Source of the DNA: a virus | Strand: one strand, 5' to 3' | IMG/VR virus record: IMGVR_UViG_3300044710_000077 | Location: 9,112-73,111 of that record | Length of the DNA: 64,000 bases | Shown: positions 17,996-27,245 of the stretch, one piece after another | Numbering within the stretch: the stretch's first letter is position 1 | Layout: each line of letters opens with the position of its first letter | Translations under genes and position numbers: made by a program | The notes under the pieces: generated by a model | What the model saw: only the letters and a program-made list of their open reading frames with translations | Databases searched by the model: none | Told to the model about the DNA's origin: nothing

Positions 17996-20389
17996 TCAGA
18001 ACAGCCGCCGGCGGAAATCGCGCCAGCCTATGGTCGAAATTGTCACCGCGCCGGCCGCGCTGTTGGCGATTGCCACCTGTTTAGCCGTATTAGTGGCCAC
18101 CCTGGCGGTTGTTGCCGAACTTGCCGTGTTTCCGCCAGACGTCAGCGACGCGGTTTCCGCGGTCGGTTGTGTCGTCCCAGGCGTATAAATCCACGTATTG
18201 CACTGGGAACTGGCGCCCACCAAAATAAAGACGCTCATAATGGCTTCGACGGCGACGCCGTTGGGCACGCTTAGGGCGAAATTCGCATTTGGCGACCCGA
18301 CCGCACTTAGGTCGGTCGGCGGCGCGGTCCATAGGAATTCGTCGCCGTATTGGGTGAACAGAATAATATTACCGCTGCTGTTCGTCAGCACCGACCCCAG
18401 GCATTGCTTGACGTTGTAGCCGCTGGGCAGCGTCGGCGTCGGGTACGACTGGCTGAACAGCACGTCGAAGCCGCTGGCGAGTGCCGTGGGCGCAGCCGCC
18501 TGGGACGTGATATTTGAACCTGGATTGCTGTAATTGAACGTGTTGGTGGTGACGGCCGTCGCCACCTGCAAGCCGTCCAGCCCCTGGCCGCAACCCAGCA
18601 CGCGCACAGTGCTGCCGATGCCCAAATTGTGCCCGGCCACCGTCAACGACGCCACGTTCGACGTGCGCTGGACATTGGTGACCGCCATGCCCGTTCTGCC
18701 GATAGCGTAGGCGTGCCAAGTCTGATTGTTGCCCTTGGTCGACGTGTCGCAGGCGCCGTTGCCGGTGCCAGGCGCCCAGGATTGGTCCAGGCGCTTGGTC
18801 ATGGCGGCGGCCAATTGCATCAAGGTCACGTCGCTATCATCGCTGACGCGGCCGACATTGATATCGACCACGAAAGTCGGGCTGGTGCCGTCGTTCGCCA
18901 GCGTCAGGTTGCCGCCGCCTTGGCTGCTAACGGGCGCCACATATGCTCGCTGCCGCGACGCCGACGCGTCCAGCATGGCAGGCGTCACGGTGCCGGCCAA
19001 AATCGTGAGGTTGCCGGCCCCGTCGTCGCCCAGCGTCAGCCCGTTCTTTATGGTCAGATTGCCGCCGACGTTTTGCAGCCACTGGCCGATTCCCAGCGTG
19101 GCGAGCGCGCCTAAGGTGTTGGCTTGCAGCAGCCACACCGACCCCGTGTAAATGAACGACAGGAAGGACCCGGCCGTCAGTTCGCCGCCCGATAGCGGCA
19201 CGTTGCTGCCGCCGCTGACCTTGTTAATCGCGATGACGCCTGTGGTGTCGACGTTCAGCGTGGCGGCGCCGGTATTATTCAGCCCCGCGCCAACAGTCGT
19301 GGTTACGACATACCCAGGGGTCAGCGAAAACCCGGACGGGGTCGTGGACGAAATAACCTGGGCGTTCGCCGTGCCGGTTGTGGTCACGCCAGCGAACTGG
19401 CTGCTGGTCGACCCCACCACCGCGGTCCAGACCGCCGTGCTGGCCGTGCCGGTGACCGTGCAGACATAGAGGATTTTATTGACGGTATCGAAAGCGAAAT
19501 CGGACGCGCCGTTCACGGACGCATTGCCGGCCACAGACCCGTTCGGGTTGCCGGCCGACGGCTTCATGATCGGGATACCGCCGACCGTATCCGACGCCGG
19601 CAGGTTGGCCAGCGGCAGCGTCCCCTGGACCTCGGACCCAAGTTTGATTTGCGGCGCTTGGCCGGCGGTGCCGCTGTGGTGCGAAAACAGCAGGCCCGCC
19701 AGGAATGGTGCGGCCGGGTAATTGGACGGCACCCCGGTTCCGACCGATGGCCCAGCGACCTTGATATTTCCGCTGGTAATCTGGGTCTGGCCGAACGTCA
19801 GGTCGATAAGATACAGCGGCACTTGCCCGCTGGCTGGCGTGGGCGGGACCTCAGACCCCGTCGTGGCCGGGCTGCCGTACACCACGGAAATCGTGCAGAT
19901 AGCCGAGCGCTCGGTGTTGTTCGCCGCACCGGTATTGCCCGGGCCCTGGAACGGCTGGGTGGGGTTGGCCGAATTCCAGTAGTACAGCACGCCGTTCGTC
20001 GGGTCGCCGGCGCGGATGATATCCGACTGAGAAAATGCCGCCTGGATAAGCGCCCATTGACTCTGCCCGGCCGACAGCGCCGACGTGGTCAGGGCGACGG
20101 CTTGGGCGACCGCAAAGCCCTGCTGCATGACGAGCGTCGGGTCGGCGGCCAGCGCGCCCCATGTGGTCGCGTCCAGGGCGGACTGCTGGTAGATTCGGCC
20201 GGCCGTCAGATTAATATTCAGCGTGGCCGGGCTGGTCGGCGTCGCCGCCAAGCCGCTGACGACCGACGTGGTGCCACCGGCTAAATCCTGCTGCAAAAAG
20301 GCGGCGGCGTAAAAGGCGTCCTTGACCGCCCACAATTGGTCGAAGCTGCGGACCTGCTCTTGCGAGTAAAGGATGACTCTGTTGCCCAT
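17996..20389 (-). CDS. Tail fibre protein (baseplate-attached)
   Basis: 797 aa, VSGLAATPTSPATL N-terminal attachment-type region, GNPNGSVAG motif, after baseplate genes. Confidence 0.8.
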   Translation of the reverse strand: MGNRVILYSQEQVRSFDQLWAVKDAFYAAAFLQQDLAGGTTSVVSGLAATPTSPATLNINLTAGRIYQQSALDATTWGALAADPTLVMQQGFAVAQAVALTTSALSAGQSQWALIQAAFSQSDIIRAGDPTNGVLYYWNSANPTQPFQGPGNTGAANNTERSAICTISVVYGSPATTGSEVPPTPASGQVPLYLIDLTFGQTQITSGNIKVAGPSVGTGVPSNYPAAPFLAGLLFSHHSGTAGQAPQIKLGSEVQGTLPLANLPASDTVGGIPIMKPSAGNPNGSVAGNASVNGASDFAFDTVNKILYVCTVTGTASTAVWTAVVGSTSSQFAGVTTTGTANAQVISSTTPSGFSLTPGYVVTTTVGAGLNNTGAATLNVDTTGVIAINKVSGGSNVPLSGGELTAGSFLSFIYTGSVWLLQANTLGALATLGIGQWLQNVGGNLTIKNGLTLGDDGAGNLTILAGTVTPAMLDASASRQRAYVAPVSSQGGGNLTLANDGTSPTFVVDINVGRVSDDSDVTLMQLAAAMTKRLDQSWAPGTGNGACDTSTKGNNQTWHAYAIGRTGMAVTNVQRTSNVASLTVAGHNLGIGSTVRVLGCGQGLDGLQVATAVTTNTFNYSNPGSNITSQAAAPTALASGFDVLFSQSYPTPTLPSGYNVKQCLGSVLTNSSGNIILFTQYGDEFLWTAPPTDLSAVGSPNANFALSVPNGVAVEAIMSVFILVGASSQCNTWIYTPGTTQPTAETASLTSGGNTASSATTARVATNTAKQVAIANSAAGAVTISTIGWRDFRRRLF

Positions 20390-20402
20390 TGGGCGACCCC
20401 CG

Positions 20403-21020
20403 TTAAAGTAACATGCCGCGTTGCTGGCGGAAAACGATAGGGTCCTTACCCCCCTTACTCAGGTTACATGGCACGCAAAGTAATTGAATATTATCAATGC
20501 TGTTAGCGCCGCCAGCGACCAGTGGCACTACATGGTCGATATGGTATTTGGCGCCCAGTCGAGAAAAGCAGACCGCGCATTTACCGCGCTGTTTTTCATA
20601 CAAATTGGAAATCTGCGCATCCGTAAAGTGGTCACCGGATTTTTCGCGAACGCGGCGCCTGTGCTTATAGGCACGAATTTTATCTGGATTCTGCGCTGCG
20701 AATTTACGGTGACCGGCGCGTTCCACGACTATCACTCTGTCGTGGTTTCTAGCACGCCATAAACGCCTTACCGCCAAATGCTTGCCGGACGCACGATGTT
20801 TTTTTATTGCTGCGCGAATAATATCTGGGTGCGCTGCCTGCCAAGCGCGAACGCTCGCAGTATGTTTCTCGATATTTTCCGCGCGCCAACGACGCGTAGC
20901 AGCGTTGTGGCAGTCCTTGCAACGGCGGTAAAGGCCATCCTTTGTCTTGGGGGCAGCATAATAGGAATCGACCGACAGGAGCCGCCGACAAGTGCAGCAA
21001 ATTTTCGTTTGCAGCGGCAT
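20403..21020 (-). CDS. HNH endonuclease with N-terminal zinc finger
   Basis: CCTC...DGL..RCKDC; CAVC..HIDHVVPL..GGANSIDNIQLLCVPCNLSKG; lower GC. Confidence 0.92.
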   Translation of the reverse strand: MPLQTKICCTCRRLLSVDSYYAAPKTKDGLYRRCKDCHNAATRRWRAENIEKHTASVRAWQAAHPDIIRAAIKKHRASGKHLAVRRLWRARNHDRVIVVERAGHRKFAAQNPDKIRAYKHRRRVREKSGDHFTDAQISNLYEKQRGKCAVCFSRLGAKYHIDHVVPLVAGGANSIDNIQLLCVPCNLSKGGKDPIVFRQQRGMLL

Positions 21021-21063
21021 TTCTGTGCCCCGATTCATGCCTACGTTTACTCCGCTCTCTAAG

Positions 21064-21867
21064 TTATGTCCATGTGACACCCGAGGTATCCCAGTGCAGG
21101 CCGCTCTGGTCCCAATACACCGCGCCCTGCGGCGCGACGAACTGCACCCAGGCAATCGTACCCTCGCATTTGGCTCGATTGATCGCGTTGTAAATGGCCT
21201 GTTCGCCCAGCGGCGTGGCGCCGCTTGCGGCGTCCAACATGGACGACCCGGCGACGTCCAGATTCATCGTGTATTCGTCGAAAACCGGCGTCGGATTATT
21301 GCCGAACGGTTGCGCCAGCGGCAAAATGGTTTGAATAAAGCCCTGATAGCCAAGGCCGTTGTCCGTCATGAGGCCCGGCGTGACCACGTTGTCGATATCG
21401 TAAAACATCATCCCGGCGCCGGGCGCGCCGTCCAGCACGCCGGTATCCGACGGCCGCCACGGCTCGATAATCCGCGGCGCTTGGCCGGTGACCGCCTTGA
21501 CGGCGTTCGATACGGCTTGACGGGTCGCGCCACTTGGCAATAGCGCCGCCAGCACGCGCGCCGAATAAGCGGCATCCGATTCGCCCGAGTTGCGCGGCAG
21601 CGCGTAGAATCCGGTGCCGAAATAGTCGACCGCCTTGCCGTCCAGCGCGCCGTTTGTCGCGGTGCCGATTAGCGTGGCGTCGAAGGCGAATTGCAGAGCG
21701 CCCATTTCAAAATTCAGCGGGATACCCAACGTATCCATAACGGCGCGCACCGCGCCGCCTTCCTGCAATGCATCTGGGCTGGCCCACCTATGGGGGTAAA
21801 GAGCCGCCATCCGCGCGCCGAATTGCTGGGGAGTCAATAGCGTGAAAGTGGTAGGGGGAGTTCCCAA
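21064..21867 (-). CDS. Baseplate wedge subunit (partner of J)
   Basis: IGTATNGALD...DYFG...LPRNSGESDAAYSARV; GGAGG before TTG start. Confidence 0.75.
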   Translation of the reverse strand: MGTPPTTFTLLTPQQFGARMAALYPHRWASPDALQEGGAVRAVMDTLGIPLNFEMGALQFAFDATLIGTATNGALDGKAVDYFGTGFYALPRNSGESDAAYSARVLAALLPSGATRQAVSNAVKAVTGQAPRIIEPWRPSDTGVLDGAPGAGMMFYDIDNVVTPGLMTDNGLGYQGFIQTILPLAQPFGNNPTPVFDEYTMNLDVAGSSMLDAASGATPLGEQAIYNAINRAKCEGTIAWVQFVAPQGAVYWDQSGLHWDTSGVTWT

Positions 21868-21956
21868 GATCAGGCCTCCATGTTACAGAAACGGACCGGG
21901 CGAGCGCTGCGAACGCTCAAGCCCGGCCCTAACCAAGACGACAGGTCGGTGCCGAA

Positions 21957-22511
21957 ATGGCTGACGATAAAATCCCAGAAAAACAGCGCGGGCGCAAGTT
22001 TCCGCGCAACGACCTGACGGCGCACTACGTCCGTTCGATTCTGGACTACAATCTGCTGTCTGGCGATTTGCGATGGCGATGGCGCGCCGATTGCCCGGCC
22101 AAATGGAACATTACATTTGCGGGAAAAATTGCCGGCACGCTCAACCCGGACGGATATCGCCGAGTATGCATTAACTACCATATTTACTTGGCCCATCGGT
22201 TGATTTGGCTGATTATGACTGGCCGCTGGCCAGAACCGGAAGTCGACCATAAAAACACGAAACGGGACGACAATCGCTGGGATAATCTGCGCCAAGCAAC
22301 AGTGGCACAAAATACGAATAATACTGGTCTTAGAAGCACAAACATTTCTGGCTTCAAGGGAGTTTATCTGCATCAAGGCCGCTGGGTCGCCCAAATTAGC
22401 AGCGGTGGCAAGCAACGTTATCTTGGGGGTTTTGACACGCCGCAAGAGGCCCATCGCGCGTATTGCGAAGCTGCCGACAAATTTCACGGGGAATTTGCCA
22501 ATCATGGCTAA
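21957..22511 (+). CDS. HNH-AP2 homing endonuclease, inverted within the baseplate operon
   Basis: YLAHRLIW, EVDHKN..RDDNRWDNLR, SGFKGV..WVAQI..YLGGFDTPQEAHRAY..HGEFA. Confidence 0.93.
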   Translation: MADDKIPEKQRGRKFPRNDLTAHYVRSILDYNLLSGDLRWRWRADCPAKWNITFAGKIAGTLNPDGYRRVCINYHIYLAHRLIWLIMTGRWPEPEVDHKNTKRDDNRWDNLRQATVAQNTNNTGLRSTNISGFKGVYLHQGRWVAQISSGGKQRYLGGFDTPQEAHRAYCEAADKFHGEFANHG

Positions 22512-23683
22512 TAGTTGCTGATCGTTATGTTGCTGGTCGTCGTGATGCTGCGCTGAAAAAGCGTGCCGACCAAATCAGCGGCGGCAGCATTAATCGTCGT
22601 GGCCCCAGGTTGAACTGCGATCACGCCCGGCACCGTCAGCGCCGCTGCTTCGACCTGCGATATATAGACGAGAATTCCGTCCTCATCTTCGCCGCCGATA
22701 GGCTGACTATTGACCGCCGCCGCCACGGCCGCCGCCACGGCCGCATTGACGACCGACGGCACAATCGGCAGCGACGGCGTGCTGGGCGCCAGCCGCACGA
22801 CCAGCACAATGGTCGCGGTGACCGTCGTCACGGCGATGGTTTCGGCCAAGATCGTGAAACCCCGGACCTGTTCCAGCGCGTTCTGCACGGCCTGGATAAG
22901 CGACGCTGGCGGATTGCCCGACCCGTCGTCAATGGTGGCGACGAATTCGCCCGGCCGCGGCGCGCCGCCTGTGGTGACGTTTTCCTGCAAGGAATACAGC
23001 AGCCCCTGCTGCACGCCCTGGATGGCGGCCACGATGGCGCCATAGGTCGCCTTCGACAGCGAATTTATATATTGCACGAACCGGGCGAGGTACGCCGTGT
23101 CGGACTCGGCGTTGAGCCCGTTATTGATCGCGGCCCCGTTCGTCACGTAGCCGATGCCCGGCACATTCGTCGCAAGCTGGCTCAGTTGCCCGGCGGTCAC
23201 GTTCGACGTGGCGCCCGGCGTTGCCGCTTGGATTGTCGCCGTAAGGCTGCTCTGGCCGGTCGCCAGCACGTAGGCGCCCACCGTCGCGTTCCAGGTCGGC
23301 TGCGTCGGGTCGGCTACGGTCAAATATTGGATGGCGCCGCCGGCGGTCTGCACGGTCACCCCGGGCGGCACTTGGATAGGGGACGCGGCGGGCGTGAATG
23401 TGCCAAACGTCTCTGATCCGGTCGCCGACGTGGCGCCCAGCCGCGGGAAATTGAATTGCGCCATCCATTCGTCGAGGTCCGCGCCGGTGCGCGTGCTGGC
23501 CAGGGTAAGCGCGTTGACGATTTGGATTTGGGCTTGCAGGAACACGGCCTGCGCCGCCACGGTCTGCATAAGCGCCAGCAGCGGGTCGCCGTCGGGAAGT
23601 GTGGGCTGGTAGCCTAATTGCTGCGCCCAGCCGGCCACGAGATCGGCGGTAAATTGCGATATCGACTTTGACGGAAGCGCCAT
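22508..23683 (-). CDS. Baseplate J-like protein
   Basis: TGADLDEW..F.FPRLGAT.ATG, G..SNV.AG, VTN..AI.NG.NAESD.AY..RF. Confidence 0.9.
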   Translation of the reverse strand: MALPSKSISQFTADLVAGWAQQLGYQPTLPDGDPLLALMQTVAAQAVFLQAQIQIVNALTLASTRTGADLDEWMAQFNFPRLGATSATGSETFGTFTPAASPIQVPPGVTVQTAGGAIQYLTVADPTQPTWNATVGAYVLATGQSSLTATIQAATPGATSNVTAGQLSQLATNVPGIGYVTNGAAINNGLNAESDTAYLARFVQYINSLSKATYGAIVAAIQGVQQGLLYSLQENVTTGGAPRPGEFVATIDDGSGNPPASLIQAVQNALEQVRGFTILAETIAVTTVTATIVLVVRLAPSTPSLPIVPSVVNAAVAAAVAAAVNSQPIGGEDEDGILVYISQVEAAALTVPGVIAVQPGATTINAAAADLVGTLFQRSITTTSNITISNY

Positions 23684-23687
23684 GGCG

Positions 23688-24101
23688 TCACGCCCCCCCT
23701 ATCGCTATCGTGCCGGACTGGCCGCTGACGGTCGACGTGCTGACGAAGATATTCAATTCTGCCGGCGTCGGCTGCTGAAAAATAATATTCGGCGGCACGC
23801 TGGTCAGGGTTTCGGCGTCGGCCAGCACGCCCAGCGATACGCGGCGCTCGACGTCGGCCAATGACGCCGAGTCGAACGGCTGGTCGACTAGCGATCCGAG
23901 ACCAACGCCGAACTGCGGATTGAACACGTAATCCGGCGGCGTGTACGTGCCGTCGGGCAATTCCTGCGCCGGGTTCGTGATGATTCGGCGCACGACCCTT
24001 TGGCGGTACGCCACCCAGCCTACCGCCGTCTGGATGCTGCCCGACGGCGTAATCAGGAAATCGCGGTTCCAGTCCAACGAGAATGTGGGATTTTGCGTCA
24101 T
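23688..24101 (-). CDS. Baseplate wedge gp25/W-like protein
   Basis: QRVVRRIITNP...DYVFNPQFGVGL; position before J. Confidence 0.75.
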   Translation of the reverse strand: MTQNPTFSLDWNRDFLITPSGSIQTAVGWVAYRQRVVRRIITNPAQELPDGTYTPPDYVFNPQFGVGLGSLVDQPFDSASLADVERRVSLGVLADAETLTSVPPNIIFQQPTPAELNIFVSTSTVSGQSGTIAIGGA

Positions 24102-24487
24102 GTCAGCGGCGGGATGGTTATCGTGCAGCCCTCGATTTGGGCTTCCGCGTTCTGTATTGCCGTAATCAGGTCAGCCACTTGCGTCGCCAATGCGGCAAGC
24201 TGCGCGATATAGGTATTATACGCAGCCAAGCCCGGCGCCAAATATGTCGTGATAAAATTCTGAATCCACGTCACCGCCTGGGCTGGGCTGGTGGGGATTT
24301 CCAGCAACACCTGCATCGGTAAGAGCGCGGCGATCTGTTCCTCGATAGCCGTCTGAGTCGCCTGCAAGGAAGCGAAAACCTCGTCGACCTGCGCCTGCAA
24401 TTCGGCGCATAGTTTACACGCTGCGAATGCCGCCTGCTGGGCCGCAAAATACGCTTCATTGATCGGCGACTGTCCCTGTGGCTGCAT
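24098..24487 (-). CDS. Helical hypothetical protein of the baseplate region
   Basis: GGGAG RBS; A/Q-rich amphipathic helices. Confidence 0.6.
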   Translation of the reverse strand: MQPQGQSPINEAYFAAQQAAFAACKLCAELQAQVDEVFASLQATQTAIEEQIAALLPMQVLLEIPTSPAQAVTWIQNFITTYLAPGLAAYNTYIAQLAALATQVADLITAIQNAEAQIEGCTITIPPLT

Positions 24488-24495
24488 GGCTCCCC

Positions 24496-25083
24496 TCAGA
24501 AAATATTGGTTATGATACCATCTTGAACGGTCACTGTCTGCCCGGTCGGCGTCGTAAAAGACCCGCTGCATCCGGTCCCAGCCGCAAGATTGCCAGACGT
24601 GGCCGTGCGCGGGGCGACAAGTTGGATTAACGCAGCCGAATTCAATTCGACCTGCCCCGCGTCATCCAAATATACAAACCCGCCCGCAGCGGCTTTTAGT
24701 GCGACCTCGCCCGGCTTCATGGCGGTAAACGGCGGCGCGTACACCTGGTCGAAGCACATGGTTGCGCCAATGGTCACGCCGTAATTGCGTTCCAGGATGG
24801 CGATCTGACATTTTTCGCCAGCAGTCGGGTTTTGAAGCGACGCGCCGCCCATGGGGGCAATCTGCACGCCCCAGCCATTGCCGGCCGCAATCGTTCCTAG
24901 CGGCATCCAGCCGGTCAGGACGTAGTTACCATCGCCGTCCCCCATAGACGGGATGACCAGCTTTACGCGGTGCCCGTTCGAGTCATAGCTAGCCACATGG
25001 CCGTAAACGCCCGGCCGATAAGCCTCCGTCTGCTGGCTGGAAGCATGCTTGACCTGGTGGGCCAGTTCGTCGCCGCCGCTCAT
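24496..25083 (-). CDS. Baseplate spike (gpV-like)
   Basis: YGHVASYD..HRVKL, TGWMP, GNGWG, C-terminal GSFTTPTGQTVTVQDGIITNI. Confidence 0.8.
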   Translation of the reverse strand: MSGGDELAHQVKHASSQQTEAYRPGVYGHVASYDSNGHRVKLVIPSMGDGDGNYVLTGWMPLGTIAAGNGWGVQIAPMGGASLQNPTAGEKCQIAILERNYGVTIGATMCFDQVYAPPFTAMKPGEVALKAAAGGFVYLDDAGQVELNSAALIQLVAPRTATSGNLAAGTGCSGSFTTPTGQTVTVQDGIITNIF

Positions 25084-26351
25084 TCTGCCGACCCCGTCAG
25101 TGTCGCGGTCCCCTCGCCGACCGGCTGCACGTCCAGTAGCGTGAACGACGTGTCCAGTTCGGCCTGCCGGCTGTCACCGCCTTGCGGCATGCTGAAATTA
25201 TGCGTGTAGCCAGTGACGTAGTATTGGTGCGACAGGAATCCGGCCGGGATATTGCCGTCCAGCGTCACGGGCTGGCTGGGCGACATGCCGGGGACGATAT
25301 CGGCCGACCCGGTCACGATCAATTCCCGCTTGGCGATATCGGTGGCAATCGACTGCGCGCGCAAATTCGCCTGTGCCGCCGTCAGCCCGTCGACGTGAAA
25401 CGTGTAAAGCGGTATTGCGTTCTTTTTCGAGTTCGGCCCGGACCCGATTTGCGCCTGTATCGCCGACGCCTGCGCGCCAGACCAAGCGCCGGACTTGACC
25501 GTGCTGCCGCCGCTGGTCGTCATGTTCGTGCCGATGACGTAAGCCTGCCCCTTGGTCGTCTGCCGCGTGGTCGGGTCGTAGGACAGCACCAGGACCCGGA
25601 ACGTCAGATTGCGCCGCGGATTGTGCTCGATATTCAGGTCCAGCAAGGGCAGCACGCCGGCGGCCGGCGGGTTTTGCATCCAGCCGAACGTCAGCGGCGA
25701 CAGGCCGGCACCAGGGGCGCCAAAAACCAGATGCTTGTCCGGCGTGGCGTAAACCTCGTTGCCGGTATCGCGCGCCAGCCGCATAAGGATGCCCCAGAGC
25801 GACTGCGGCACCGCCGTCAGGATCGTGTCAGTGCTGTTACCGAAAATCGTGCCGACTTCCGGGTCGGACCCCGGCGCCGACGACAATCGCAGGTCCGGCG
25901 TCAGCCCAAACTGATTCGCAATCGCCGTGACCATTTTCGACAGCGGCTGGTTTGTCGTGCTGACGCCGTCGCCGGCGACCTCGCCCGGCGCCAGTGCCCC
26001 GGTATTGCCGCCCAGGATATTCGTCAGCACCCGCTTTTGGTCGACCAGCAGGCCCGACCAGTCGCGGGCATGAATCGCCACGGCGTCGCGTTTGAAGGAC
26101 CAATTTGCCTTTAGGTATTCGCCGCCGAACAGGTGGGTGGTGCCGCTATCCTGGGCTAAAAAAATATCGACCGGGACGATGGTCGGGGCATCTTGGCTGA
26201 TTGCCAGCAGGTCGACGCCCTGGTCGGCCAGTGCCGTGATGCTCGACGTGATCGTGGCATGCCCGGTCGAGCCGTGGCTGCCGCCCGAAATCTGCGCCCG
26301 AAACAGCGGCAGGTCGGTGCCGGCGATTTGCACGGTCAGGCTGGCGGTCAT
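25080..26351 (-). CDS. Baseplate hub protein (gpD/gp44-like)
   Basis: ARDWSGLLVD, IANQFGL, WGILMRLA, A...A...A.DIA; position before spike. Confidence 0.75.
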   Translation of the reverse strand: MTASLTVQIAGTDLPLFRAQISGGSHGSTGHATITSSITALADQGVDLLAISQDAPTIVPVDIFLAQDSGTTHLFGGEYLKANWSFKRDAVAIHARDWSGLLVDQKRVLTNILGGNTGALAPGEVAGDGVSTTNQPLSKMVTAIANQFGLTPDLRLSSAPGSDPEVGTIFGNSTDTILTAVPQSLWGILMRLARDTGNEVYATPDKHLVFGAPGAGLSPLTFGWMQNPPAAGVLPLLDLNIEHNPRRNLTFRVLVLSYDPTTRQTTKGQAYVIGTNMTTSGGSTVKSGAWSGAQASAIQAQIGSGPNSKKNAIPLYTFHVDGLTAAQANLRAQSIATDIAKRELIVTGSADIVPGMSPSQPVTLDGNIPAGFLSHQYYVTGYTHNFSMPQGGDSRQAELDTSFTLLDVQPVGEGTATLTGSAE

Positions 26352-27226
26352 GTCGCGGGTATCGTGATGGTGAATTGGCCGGTCGGCTGCGGATCGGATA
26401 GCCCGGACGCCGCGGCAATCTCGGTCCACAGGGACGAGTTTCCGAGATATTGCGCCGCCAGCAGGAACAGGTTCGGATTTATCAGCAGCAGATACCGCGC
26501 CGCCGCTTTCGGGCTGGCGACCACGGCACCGATGGCGGCTGCGCGCGCGGCAAGGTCCGCGGCCGGCGACGCCTGGGTAGCGTCGCTGCCGGCGATCAAA
26601 GGTGCCGCAGCCAATTGCACAGCCGTCACGGCGGCGGCGATAGCGATACTGTCGGCGGGCTGAATTCCAGCCACGGTCCCGTCGCCGTTCGCCAGCCCCT
26701 GCTGCACGGCCGAGTCCAGCCCGGCCGCCGGCGCCGTCAATACGTCCGGCAATGCCAAGCCGTCGTCCCCCGCCGCCACGTCGTCAAGCGCCATGCTCTG
26801 ATCCGACAGCGCCTGCTCGGCCGACGTGCCGGCACCAGGGATAACGCCCACGCCCGACAAATCCTGGCTGGGCTCAAACATCATCTGGTACGGGATAAGC
26901 CACTGGTGTTTCGCCTTGGGCGTGAAGCTGCCGATTTTCCCCAGCCAAGCGAACGGCCCATAGGACAGCGTCACGTCGGCGCCCTGCGCGCGCATGCGGT
27001 CGATTTGCTGGGCGCGCGCCATGGCGTCGGTGCCGGTCAGAATACCCGACCACGTCAGCGGCAGCGGAAACGCGCCCAGGTCGTCCTCGGTAATGTAGCC
27101 GCCCGGGAATTCATGCTTGACGATGACTTGCTTGCCGCCCAGCGGCCCGAATTCCTCCGGGATTTCCAGCGCCGAAAATATAACGACGCCGGAAGGGCCG
27201 CCGATTGTCAGGAAAAGACCAGCCAT
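26348..27226 (-). CDS. Tail tube initiator/LysM-like baseplate protein
   Basis: EIPE..GGKQ..VKHEFPGG, C-terminal LFLLAAQYLG...WTEIAAASGLSDP. Confidence 0.75.
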   Translation of the reverse strand: MAGLFLTIGGPSGVVIFSALEIPEEFGPLGGKQVIVKHEFPGGYITEDDLGAFPLPLTWSGILTGTDAMARAQQIDRMRAQGADVTLSYGPFAWLGKIGSFTPKAKHQWLIPYQMMFEPSQDLSGVGVIPGAGTSAEQALSDQSMALDDVAAGDDGLALPDVLTAPAAGLDSAVQQGLANGDGTVAGIQPADSIAIAAAVTAVQLAAAPLIAGSDATQASPAADLAARAAAIGAVVASPKAAARYLLLINPNLFLLAAQYLGNSSLWTEIAAASGLSDPQPTGQFTITIPAT

Positions 27227-27245
27227 GCGCGCCCCCTTTCCCCCG

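Noticed and set aside
14450-20389. Diversity-generating retroelement or invertible tail-fibre cassette
   Set aside because: No reverse transcriptase or invertase in the window; the fibre repeat is diverged at all bases, not adenine-specific.
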